Shown in pieces: positions 49,584-61,377 of a stretch of DNA of 64,000 bases (positions are counted from its first letter, which is position 1; every line of letters starts with the position of its first letter). Under the pieces are notes generated by a model, which saw only the letters and a program-made list of their open reading frames with translations, made no database searches and was not told where the DNA came from. Position numbers and translations under genes: made by a program. This stretch comes from Vitrella brassicaformis CCMP3155 (lineage: Eukaryota > Protista > Chromerida): NCBI GenBank assembly GCA_001179505.1, contig CDMY01000235.1, positions 93,322 through 157,321 of the forward strand. The letters run 5' to 3'.

Positions 49584-52464
49584 TCAATCTGACCGCACAT
49601 ACGAATGCATAAAACACCCATCCGCACGAAGGGCCTTTGCGTGGTTGCCTGCTGTCTGCGTGTGTCAGTCTTTCTACCTGGGTTCTGCGCCTTGAGGTTC
49701 CTCCTTCCTGGGCCTCTGCGGATCTCCATCACTCGCCTACGAATGCGACCCTGATGCACACACACACACGCAGCAACAACCAAATCTCGCCTCGCCTCGC
49801 CTCGCCTCGTCTCCAGGGCTTCATCCACCTGGGCCGGCCTCTTTACCCTTTCGTCCCACCTCACTCACCTCTCTGCTCTTGGGGTCGACCTGCGGCACCT
49901 CCACATTCTTGTCGCCCTCGGGCTTCACCTGTGTGAATGGAATGGATGACAGCACAGTACGAGGGGGCCGGGCCATTCATGCATACAGAAGGTGACTGAC
50001 GGCCATGCCATGTGTGTCGGTGGGTGGGTGGGCCACCGACTTACCTTGAAGTGGAAGGATGGCGCCTGTGGGATGCGGGCGTGACGACGCTTGTTGAACC
50101 TCTCCTCGTCATCTGCACGAAGGAATCGACGACGAGACGAGTCGAGTCAGCCGGCCGTGAAGGTGCGACAACCAATGCTCATATATGTGTTAAAGGGCGT
50201 ATCTATCAACTACCTCCTAAGTCTCCTGTGTGTTGGCGGTCAACACGCTCAACCTGATGGCAGGGCAGGCGAACACACGATGGATGGATGGATGGATAGA
50301 TTGACGCCGTGGTGTTGGTGTGTCTGTCTGCTCCCTACCGGTCTGGCGACTACGGGCGAGGGCGCGTCGTCTTCGCGTCGATCGAGGCTGTCACGTTCGT
50401 GCATGACGCTGCGGGCCCACTTCTTGACCAGACGCTCTATCATGCTCTTGTGCTCACGACCCACATCTGCAGCAGCCGCAACCAGTCAAGACACGCACTC
50501 CTTCTTGCCTTCGTTGGTTTTGTTTCTGCGCGCATTTGGTTTGCCTGCCTTTGTGTTTCCAGAGGTCGATGATGACCTCCCCGAGTCTCGGATACGACTG
50601 GCTCAGCACATCAGGGGACAGCTGAGTAAGTGGATCCACCCACCCATACACATCACATCACACATAGAAGGAAGGGTGCAGACAGAGTGACCGATAGATA
50701 CACACAAATGCTCATCTCATGCTCGTTTGCACCGACCGGCAGAGAGATGAGTGTCTCGAGAATCCGACCGCGCACATGGACATTGGGGAGGAGATTGTTG
50801 TGGATCGACAACCAGCTGAAGGATCGACAAGCCACAAACAAGACAGACACAGCTAGCTGGTCCGCTGCTGCCCCTTCCCCTGCCCCGTGCCGCGAGTGAG
50901 TGAGCTTACGATGCCAGGGCGCTGCAGAGTTTGCCGCCGTGCTCCCCGATGAAGTAGTCGCGCCACTTGGCCTGCACCACACGAGCCATGAGACAGCCAG
51001 TGGTGCAGGGGAGGTGGTATGGGTGTGTGTTGTGGCTGGCTGACCATGCTGATGATGTTCATCATGAGGTCCACGTTGTCCACCTTGGCCGTGGCCGGCC
51101 GTCCCGCCTCGATCGAATTCAGATCTGACGCACCAGCTCACACACAAAGAGGTGAGTTACGGGTGGTGTGTGTGTGACCGAGGTGCTCTGACTACCTGCT
51201 TGGTGCGCTTCTTCCATGTCCCTGATACGGTCATAAGCGAATCCCTGACAACGACAAGACCCACGCACTTTGGCGACTCAGTCAGTCGGTGCACCGTCGT
51301 GTCTGTCCCTCACTCACTCACCGAAGCATCAGCCCGATTGATGTCGGCCGCCTTCCTCTTGGACTTGCGCTGCTCTGTGGACACACCACACCACACACAG
51401 AAGGAGAGAGAAGACATTGCAGGTCAGTCTGTCTTTCATGTTGTGCGTGTGTCTGTTCTTTTCTGCCCGCCACTCACTCTTCCACTCTTCGATCTTCCTG
51501 TCCTCTTTGGTCACCTCCTTCTCTGACCGAGGGCTAGACTCGCCACCATACTAACCAACCACACACACAGACAGACACAGAAATAGACACAGATGCAACA
51601 CATCCCCACCCGTCAGTCAGCCGTGTGCCTGCCTGCGTGTTGTGTCTGTCTGCCCTCGGTCGGTCGCTTACGTCGCTGCCCTCGGCCGCCGCCTTGAGTG
51701 GGTCATCTTCGCTCTGTGCCTTGGCCTTGCGCTTCCTCTCTGGCTTCTTGCGCTCCTTCTTCTTCTTTTTCTTCTTGTGGCGCCCCTCCTCCTCATCAAT
51801 GTCATCGGGCGACGGCTCGCCGCCCTCCTCCACGCCCGGCATCTCGTCCTGGTACTCCTGGTCCTGGCGGGGCTGCTGGTCGGGTGGTTCATGGGCTGGC
51901 GCGTCCTCCTCGTCGTCGGGCTTCTCGTCGGCGTCACCGAAAATGTCCGCATAGACATTCTGACAAGGCAGGCAGGCAGGCAGATACGATACAGACAGAC
52001 GGTGGAGGCAGGCCACTCATGTCATGTGGGTGGTTGTTTCTCTCTCTGTGTGGGTCTGGTGTGTGTCGTTTGTCGTGTCAACTCGCTTAGCTTACGATGT
52101 GCTGTCCCTCTTCCTCGTGGTCGTCATCGTTGCCCTGCTGCGCCGCATCGTCTCCTCCCTCGACCTCCATGCCTTGCTCCTCCTCCATGCCGCCATCGCC
52201 GCCATCGCCCTCCATCCCCTCGTCGCCCTCCATGGTCTCATCTATCGCTGCTTGTTGCTGCTGCTCGCCACCCCCAGCAAGAGCAGGAGCCTCACCGCCC
52301 TGCTCCTCCTCATCATCGGCCTGGTCCTCCAGGTCAAAGTCGTCGTCGTCGTTGTCGTCCTGCTCGTCTGGCGCATCAGCCTCGTCCATGGCTGCCGGCA
52401 TGGGTGGCGCGAAGCCGCCGGCCACGGGCTGGGTCTCGCCAAACTCGAATGCACGGTCAGCCAT
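49584..52464 (-). CDS. IWS1: IWS1/Spn1-like transcription elongation factor (TFIIS N-terminal domain)
   Basis: Long acidic N-terminus, then LPNVHVRGRILETLISLP...LGEVIIDLWKH...HKSMIERLVKKWARSVM and HARIP, as in the IWS1 C-terminal domain. The last exon is uncertain. Confidence 0.7.
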
Positions 52465-52716
52465 CGGATTTTCTCAAGCAGATCTGCAGATGTCGTGGTG
52501 TGCTGCAGGAGGGGTGATCTTTCTGCCGTTTTCTCAGCTTGCCAGCGGCGAGCTTGCGGTTGCGAGCTTAGCTCGACTGGAGGGAGGAGATCTTGAAGCG
52601 TGGAAGCTGATTTGAAGTGAGCAAGAGACGCAGAGAGACCGCCTGAGCTGCACAGCATCGATCATCTCCTCCAGCCCTTCCCCCGAGGTCGCTTGTCGTC
52701 TCCCTGCCCCTTCCAG

Positions 52717-53375
52717 ATGGCTGATTCGACGGAGTTGGAGAAGAGCGAGACCCCCGCCACCGACACACAGCCTGTGGAGGACCCCTCGGGCGACGCAGCG
52801 GCCGACATCGAGACGAACAAGGAGGTCGACCACCACGCTGACGAGGGCGATGAGGGTGATGCAGCCAACGCTGAGGTCAATGACTCCACGACGGTCACTG
52901 GTGTGGGCACTGTCATTGATACGGCCACTGGCAAGAGGACGGAGCGCATCCAGCTGTCGCTCGCGAGGCCGCTGGGCTTCTACGAGCGCACTGCGTACGA
53001 GCGGTTCGCTACGGGGACCGAGGTCATCGTGGTGACGGCCCTGGGCAACGCCATCTCGCTGGCCATCCAGCTGGCCGACGTGCTGGAGGAGAAGCAGTAC
53101 TGCAAGAAGAGCAAGGTCATGACGTCGTTCGAGGGCGGCGAGCACCCCAGGGGCCCGCGGCACCCCACCGCCGGCATCACCATCCACCTCGAACGCAACC
53201 CCACCTTCAAGGGAAGCAAGATCCCGCAAGGCATGGTGGGCTTCCACAAGCCCGAGGGCGAGGCCAAGTTCACCCCCATCTACGACGACAAACCCATGCA
53301 GACCTTCGCTTCTGTCAATGCAGGTAGGTGTGTGGTGGGTGTGCTGGGGAATGGGCGAGCGGTGGGCTGATGTCA

Positions 53376-53411
<36 letters not shown>

Positions 53412-53584
53412 GGCTGTGTGGCTGTGTGTCTGGGCAGGTGACTACGAGTTGTTCGTCGGTGGGAGTGCTTTGAACGCTGCCTTCAAGACGACTCTCGAGG
53501 CAGCGGAGCAGAACATTGACCGATATGCACCTCTGCACAAGGTAGGTCGGGTCGGCACACACGCCACTCATGCACACACACACA

Positions 53585-53617
<33 letters not shown>

Positions 53618-55211
53618 TGTGTGCGTGCCCCCAGTCGTTGGTTGAGAAGGCTTTGAAGGAGAACCCCAACGCCACCAAGGGCGAGGACATCCGGCTGGTC
53701 GAGGCCGTCAACCTTTCAGAACACCACCCGTACGCATCCATCGCACACACACAGACACCGACGCAGGCACACCACACGTCGTCTGTCTGTCTGTCTGTCT
53801 TATGTGTGTGTGTGTCAGTGACTTGCATGCGTCCTTCTGCCGGATCTGCTTCGACCTGAAGGACAAGGGTCCCGAGGGGTGCAAAGCCGTCGGCGCTGTC
53901 TTCCTTGACATATTCAGGGAAGACAAGAGGCCAAAAGGCGCCGTAAGTGACCTGACTGACACATACACACACAAATGCGATGCGGGCAGCAAGACACACG
54001 GACGGACGATGGGCGCTTGTGTGTTTGTGTGGGATTTCGTTCAGAAGAAGAACATCGGCATGATCTATGTGGTCGGCCCGAAGGGCAAGGACTTCGGCTC
54101 CAAAGAAGAGTTCCTCGGAGCTGGTACGCCACACACACATGACATGATGCTGGCCGCTACGCTACTCGTTTCCTTCCCTGCACACATGCCTCTCCTTGGT
54201 CACCTGTCTGTCTGTCAGTGAGCAAGACGGCCAACAACCTGATGACGGCACTGGTGGACTACAACGGCCTCGTCAAGCGGACACGGCGAGACAACAGGGA
54301 CCTCGACAGACTTGATGTCGCCAGGTGGGTGAGGTGACCAGCGGACACGCACCACATATATATACTCACACCCCACCCACCTTTGTGAAAGCGCGTCGTG
54401 TGTGTGTGTGTCGACAGGATCGCTCTGTTCTCTGGAGGGGTGTACAAGCACGAGGACGCCACCAAGATGGAGGTCGCTGAGAAGATCATCGAGGTCAGAG
54501 AAAGGAAAGGCATCTACTCCGGGTGTCTGTCCATCTGGGCCACATGTGCTTTGACGTGACGCCACCTCTCGTTCTGTTCTGTGTATGGTTGGTATGTGTC
54601 ACTCAGGGCATCACGACTGGCTACCGGTATCGGCTCGCGCCCAGGGTCACCTTCGCATTCGATGACAACGTCTTCCAAGAGGTACACACACACGCATACA
54701 GACAGACAGACGAGAGGAAGCGCCCCGCATATCAGATCATGTGAAAACTTCCTTCCTTGTGGCATTGCAGGCATGGAAGCAGATGACCGGCGCCCCCGAC
54801 AAGCCCACCACCACCACCACCACGACCACTGACGAAGCCGCCGCCAAAGCCCCAGACGCACCACAGCCAGACAAGCAGGCAGACGAGGCCACCGCAGGCA
54901 AGCCAGAGGAGGCCGCAGCCGAGCCAGAGGCCCCCGAAGCCAGCCAAGACGACACCACGAAGGAGCAGCAACAGGACGACACAGCGGCTGAGAAGCCGAC
55001 AGAGGAGTCCAAGGACGCACCTCACACCGACACCAACGGCAAGGACGAGACTGCCGCTGCTTCTGGCAAGGTGGACGAGGCGCAAGAGGCCGAGACGGAT
55101 GAAACGACTGGCAAGGAGGAGGCCAAAGAGGACGACAAGGAGGAGAGCAGTGGCAAGGAGGAGATGAACGGCGTGGTGGGTGGGGCACCGACGGAGAACG
55201 GACAAGAGTGA
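52717..55211 (+). CDS. Alba domain + macrodomain-like fusion protein with acidic tails (about 9 exons)
   Basis: Alba: IQLSLARPLGFYERTAYERFATGTEVIVVTALGNAISLAIQLADVLEEKQYCKKSKVMTSF...ITIHLER. Macro-like: SVNAGDYELFVGGSALNAAF...MIYVVGP...RIALFSGGVY. Confidence 0.75.
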
Positions 55212-56674
55212 TGGATGGATGTCATGTCTGGCGTGCGATGCGGTGTGGGGCGTGTGGTGTCTGTCTGTCTATCTATCTATCTATACTTCCTACCTACCGC
55301 TGCATTGCATACATTGCATTTGTCAATTCATATGACGGATGGCGGGCTCTCCAGGAGCCCAGCCCAGCCCCCCTTCTGTCTGTCTGTGTCATGTCGCTTC
55401 TCGAGCCCCTACCTCTCTCTCCTCTACCTCTATACGTGTGTGTACTTGTCTGTCTATCTGTATGGGTGTGCGTGTCGCATATGGCCTGCTTGGTGAACGG
55501 ACGGGTGTATGTGTATGTGTGTGATGGGTGTGGTGTATGAGTGAGAGCCGGGATGGTACTCCAATGACCGGAGTAGACCGTGGCCCCGCTGCTCCATCCT
55601 TGCCTGCCTGCCTGCCTGCCTGTCTTCGTGTTCTGCGAGAGTACGGCTACACACATGCATACCTACATGGGTCCATCAATGTGTCTGCGTGTGCGTGTCC
55701 GTGTGTGTGGATTTAAGCATCATATGCCATCCCATTCACTCACTGACTCACTCACTGTGTACAGGTGCCACCCACCTGTGGTCGGGGGCATCACGTCGAG
55801 TGGAGGCCCCCCCCGGCCGCCGTTGTCCATCCATGCCATCCATCCACACATACACACACACCACTGCCTGCCTGCCTGACTGACTCACTGACTGACTGAC
55901 TGACCGACTGACTGACTGACCGACCGACTGTTTGGCTGATCCTAGTCGAATGAATGGCTGCCTATTTCTCTCTCGTCTGTCCAACCTGCCTGCCTGCTTG
56001 CTTGTTTTGCTTGATTGGCCCGGTCTCGTTTTGTCCGGAGGGCGGGGCGGGATGGCTGGGGGCAAACCGGCACTCGTGAGGTCGTGCGATGACTGGTGCC
56101 TCGCGTCCCTTTTCGTGCCTGCGCTTTCAAAGGGGCACTTGCCATGCCGTCCACCAAGCCTTACCTCCCTCCCTCTCTCCCCGCCTGTCTCTCTCAGCTA
56201 GGCCGTCATCTCTCCCTTATCTACCTTTCTCTGCCTCCCTCCCTCCCTCCCTCCCCTGTTATGTACAGCACTGACGTTGCACCAGTGCATTTTCCTATTG
56301 GCCGACCATACCATAGACAAAGGATGGATATGTGCTCAAATGTGCAATGGGGGCGAGCGGGGCTGTCTTGTCTGGTGTGAGTGAGTGGTTGATTTTTCGT
56401 GGAACGGTTTCAATGTTGCATGGTATGGCGTGTGGGGCGGGCGTGTCTTGAGGAGCGGATTTTTGCAAGAATCGGTCGGTCGGTCGCTTGGTTGGTGCGG
56501 GTGTGGTGTGGTGTGCGGTCGTTGCTAGCTAGCTACGGCGATAGAAGGTTTTTGCTTGGGGCTCACCCCTGCCTTCTCGCCTCCCTCGGTCCACCTTACT
56601 TACTCTGTCCGTCCCATCAGCTGCGTGCCTGTCGCTTCCTTCCTCCCTTGCCACCCCAGGGGTGTCTCTTTCTT

Positions 56675-56823
56675 TCTCTACTTCTCCTGGTATCTCTTCG
56701 GTGGGTGCACCACTCCCCGACTGAGACTGAGTGCTCTGTCTCAGTTCCCCGACTGAGACTGGGTGCTCTCTCTCCGCCTGGAAGTAGTGGAGGGAACGGT
56801 TGAGATACCAGGAGAGGAAGAGG
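56675..56823. repeat. Fold-back element: inverted repeat enclosing two 32-bp direct repeats
   Basis: TCTCCTGGTATCTC (56683-56696) pairs perfectly with 56802-56815. CCCCGACTGAGACTG(A/G)GTGCTCT repeats at 56715 and 56747. Confidence 0.6.
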
Positions 56824-57246
56824 CCAATCGATGGGAGCCCGTCCGGATTGTTGCTGAAAAGTGGATCTCTATGTCTACCGGGGTCGGTCGGTCCTTCGTG
56901 GCTGTCCAGCAGCTTAGACAACCTTTTCTCCCTTCCCACATCATGTGGGAGCTAAGGTATCGAAGCCTGCAGGAGTGGCACGAACAGAACAGACAGTGAC
57001 GTGTTTTGACTGACACTGACGATCGCTACATGGGTGGCTGGCTCCATTCGACACGTTTGGCTGTGACAATCATCCCTGCTGAGTTTTAATGCTTCCCGTG
57101 TTCAACCCGGTGTCTCGGCAATGGAAGAGATCGGCGGCAAAGAGATCGCTATCCGAGCTTGGCCTCTCAGTGTGCACAGCACAATGAGCACATCTTGCAA
57201 AGGCGTTTCTGCCCTTGGCCGCGACAGCGGCATGGCGTCTCGGCTG

Positions 57247-57331
57247 TTTGGCTCCACGGACAGAGAAAGATGTGAGCAATGATTTTCCCTCGGCGAGAAT
57301 TGAGACGGGAAAGTTCGACAAAAATTTCGGC
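57247..57331. repeat. Short dispersed element, copy 1 (copy 2 at 61097-61158)
   Basis: Shared TTT.GCTCCACG(G/A)ACAGA ... GGCGAGAATTG(G)AGACGGGA ... TTCGA ... AAATT(T)CGGC. Confidence 0.6.
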
Positions 57332-57639
57332 CCGCTTTTCACATTTTTCGGGTGATCAGATGTCGCTTTGGTGCATGACGATAGTTGGATAGATGGAATG
57401 GCTGGTTGGCCGGGCTGACTGTCGTGTACTTACCTGTACAGGGCCGATCGTGATCGGTTGGCTATATATGCGTGCTGCGTGATTCTCGGTTCATGGATTA
57501 CAAATTCACGAGAATCACAGAGGTACAGAACGCCTCAAACACGCATCAATCCATCAATCCGTCAATCCATCCATCCATCCATCGCACATTGATCCCTTCT
57601 CTGTGTGGCTCTCACCGATTGATCGATGTCGCGCGCCGA

Positions 57640-57667
57640 CCGGCCGGCCGGCCGGCCGGCCGGCCGG
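57640..57667. repeat. (CCGG)7 self-complementary microsatellite
   Basis: Seen directly. Confidence 0.9.
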
Positions 57668-58154
57668 GAACGTGTTTTGATGTGTGACAGCTGGACACGA
57701 AACACGCAATGCAGCGACCAGCGATTCGTGTGGACATCCATATATGTATATACATATGTATGTGTATTATTATATACATGTTACATCGATCGCATGCACC
57801 ACGGACACGCACATATACAGACAGGGAGACGTACTTACCATAGAGAGGCAGGAGATTCATCCACCGGTTGCAGACATCCGAGCGGATGTGCAGCCACATG
57901 CGATGAGGACGGACGCAGCATTCCGATGGATAGAGAGGGGCAAAAACGGCGACACACACACACACACACACACACATACGTATACACGTACATTGCCATA
58001 GACAGACCTCTCTCCACCTCCGCCAATAGATAAACCCATGGCAGCAGCAGAGAGACAAACACACTCATGCGACCACCCGGAAAAAGGTCATGAAGCGGCC
58101 ACATGATCCCGCTGGCCGACTACATCACCGCCATCACACACATCTCGACAGCTC

Positions 58155-60571
58155 TCACGCTGCCCACCGCTCCGACGCCTGAACACGTCGAGACATTCAT
58201 GCGTGCCTTCCTCGCCTCCCCTCCCTCACTCCTGCCCCTCTCACCTGCAGAGTGTAGATCTCCATGTCGGCACACGTGAACTTGAGAGTGGCCGCCAATA
58301 TGGCGTGTCGGTCGTCATCAAAGCTGCCCCGATACGTCTTGCCGTCGGGCAGGTCACCCCTCCTCAGCCACTGCTGGCAGCGGCGGAGGTCGCCAGCCGA
58401 CGCCCCATACCCCAGCAACAGGCGGCCGCCACCGATGGCTACCTTGCCCCAATTCTCCCCCTCCGTCCCGGCGACCACCACGTAGTGCTCGTTGCGCGGC
58501 ACGGCGATCCTGACGGTGCCGTCGCCCTCCTCGAACGCGCCGCTTATGGAGTAGAAGGCGACGGGGCAGTCGGTGGTCTTCTCCACGCCAGTGGGCTTGT
58601 CTGGCAGCTTGAGCTGTCCCTTGAGGTGGGAGGCGAGGACGTGGCCGCCCAGGTCCTTGATGACGAAGAGCAGGTCGGCCGCCTTGCCCACCTTGGTCAG
58701 CATGGTCTTGTGCGCCCAGCCGTCACGGTCACCTCTGAAACACAATCAGACAGACAGACAGACAGGCAGGCAATGCACCGACGAGATTTCAGCTGTCACT
58801 TATTCGGTGGTCCCTCACTTGTAGAGCAGCTTTGCGGTCGTTGGGGTGTCGCTCGTCATGTAGATGAGTGCCTGGAGGCCGTCGGCTGAGAGGATGGGGT
58901 CAGCCGGGCAAGTGCTGACTACCTGCACGTACACAGAAACATGGAGACCCATAGGTGCATCCAGCGCCCCCTGCCTTGTCTGACCTGGTAGACCTCCAGT
59001 CGCGTGGCGGTGAAGTGGGAGCTGCCGGCGAGCGTGGCGGATCCGCTGTCGTTGAAGCTGCCCCGATACGCCTTGCTCACCGGCAGGTCACTCCTCCACA
59101 GCCACTGCTGGCAGTGGCGCAAATCGCTCACCAGCTCACCCTCCGCACACCCCAGCCACAGCCGACCGCCAGCGATGGACACCTTGCCACGAGGCTCACC
59201 CTGGTCGTCCTTGAGCGCCCCGTGTATGCTTGCGACGTCCACCCACTGCTTGTCGCCGGTCACGGTGACCTTGACGATGCTGTCGCCCTCCTCGAACGCG
59301 CCGCTTATGGAGTAGAAGGTAACAAGGCGGCCGGTGTGCAGCTCAGGTATGGGGTCTGATGGGGCGATGAGGGGGCCGTCCACATGGACGGCGAAGCGGT
59401 GGCGGCGGGCCTCACACTCACACTCGATGGCGAACAGCAGGCCGCCTTGCAGACCCTGCGCTCGCTGCACCAACGTGTCAAACTCACAGTCGCCATGGGA
59501 GCTTCTGACAGACACACACAGAAGGGTGCCATCTCAGATCTCTCCCGTCCCTGTGCTGTTCGTGTGTGGTCTCTGTGACTCACTTGAGGATGCATTCGAT
59601 GTGGCTGTGGGATTTGCCGATCATCGACAGGTACACCTGCTCCATGAGGCCGTACATCTCACACACATACAGCAGCTCGTCGAAGGAGCTGCTCGTCGGC
59701 AGCGGCGTGGCGGCGTCGGGGGCGATCCGAATGCGGCGGACGTAATCAACGACCCTGCACACACAACACCACACCAGCACGCCACACACAGGGGGATCGA
59801 TGTGCCCGTGTGTGCCAGAATCGTCATGTTACTTGTAGAAGTGGTCTGCGCGTACGTCAACCACCGGCCCAGTGAGCCTGCACAGATACACGGCCGCACA
59901 AGGCGATAGTGTGCATCTCCGTCCCAGTTTGGCTCCCTGCCTCAGAACTTTCTCACTTGGTGAATCGGTTGTAGAGTGCGGTGAAGTCGTCCAGCGTGGC
60001 GTCGGTTGTGGCCACCGTATAGCCATCCACACACACGCTTAGCACCTCACTCCCGCCCTTCCCGCCCGCCACTGATGAGTCGATGAAGGCGCCCATCGCA
60101 GCCATGAAGCCGCGGAAGGCGGCACTCTTGTCGTCGCCGGTCTGTGGCTCGATGGTCAGGTCCGTCTTGGCGAAGAACCGGTCGTGGTAGAAGGCGAATG
60201 CAGAGGGGCAGCCCTCACAGATCTCACTCACGTCGATGCGGTTGTCCCTCAGGTAACGAAGCTTGACATTCAACCTGACACAACACACACAGACACACAA
60301 GGGGGCAGTGGTGGCCACCGCTGAATGTCAGCCTGCATGCCCTGCCCTTGCCATCTCACCATTTGAAGTAATCTGGATCTGCATCGATGAAGGGAGTGCC
60401 GTTGCCGTTGCTGAGCATCCAGTCGCCAAAGCGGTGAAGCAATACGGCCAGGAGGGTGTGCTTCAGCCCGTCGTGAAGGAGCAAATCACGAGGAAACGTC
60501 ATGACCGTCCCGCCCACGTTCAGCAACATGGGTCCGTCACTGCCCACAGCCGATGAATGTGCACAGCCCAT
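58155..60571 (-). CDS. BTB/POZ (KCTD-type) protein with a second degenerate BTB and two tandem TLDc-like domains; N-terminal MGC acylation motif
   Basis: MLLNVGGTVMTF...FIDADPDYFKW (T1-type BTB); VDVRADHFYKVVDYVRR...CEMYGL (second BTB); two copies of FYSISGAFEEGD...CQQWL.R.DLP..K.YRGSF...FT...E.Y, one preceded by FRGDRDGW. Confidence 0.7.
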
Positions 60572-61096
60572 GGCGTGCAGATGCGATGTGCACAGACACT
60601 TTGTAGGCCTTGGCCAGCCGCTCTCCGTTGTCACTGCTACGACAGGAACCACGCTCCTGGCGTAACACAAAGCACGGCGGCCACTGTACAGTGCATGCGT
60701 CCCTCCTCCCTTCTCCCCACCTCGACAGTTCCCAGTGTGATCTTGTCACCGACGTTGGTGGGGAACAGCACACCAAGCAGGTCTCTGTCGACGCCGGCAA
60801 GTCTGGTAGTCCTTCAGGGTCTTGTTGTTGTGGTAGGTGAGGCAGAGCGGAAGTGCCGCGACTCACCTGCACGGCACCAAACACACATCCATTCGTGAGG
60901 TGAGCGGAACAATGAGTGATGCGGAACAATGGGCACTTCTGTTCCGTGGCATCTTCTTCCACGTGCAGCTCGACGGCACGAGCAGCGGACTGATCCAACA
61001 CGACAAACAGCCGCGACCCACCACCAATACGCTCTGGTTCCAGTGTGTTTGGCGGTTTCACGGAATGTTGGCCCGCTGTTCGGTCTAAAGCCTCTC

Positions 61097-61158
61097 TTTT
61101 GCTCCACGAACAGATGAGGCGAGAATTGGAGACGGGACGGGAAATTCGAAAATTCGGC
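61097..61158. repeat. Short dispersed element, copy 2, in the divergent promoter region between the BTB gene and the kinase
   Basis: Same motif blocks as 57247-57331, lacking a roughly 25-30-nt internal segment. Confidence 0.6.
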
Positions 61159-61377
61159 AAGAATTCGTCCCACTTTTTGTTCGTGCTCGGCTTCTCAGCC
61201 TTCTTTCGGCCACAGATGCCCCGTTTCTTCTTCTTTTCATCTGCTTTTTCGGCTGGTTCGGTCCGGCCCAACCTCATCTACCCTTCCTCGACTCGTCCGG
61301 ATGAACTTACCCTTCCTTCCCGTACCGCCGTGCCGCGAGCGAGGCCTCCGCCGGTGGCGCCCTGCCGTCTGTTGATC

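Noticed and set aside
55548-55596. Short hairpin (about 14 bp) 3' of the Alba-macro gene
   Set aside because: Too short and interrupted to distinguish from chance in GC-rich DNA.
56715-56778. 32-bp direct repeat as a CRISPR array
   Set aside because: Only two abutting units, no spacers, no cas genes, and a eukaryotic context.
60690-61277. Minus-strand ORF 60537-61277 and the frameshifted fragment LTYHNNKTLKDYQ.LAGVDRDLLGVLFP, faintly ubiquitin-like
   Set aside because: Requires frameshifts, the similarity is only a few residues, and the ORF start overlaps the dispersed non-coding element.
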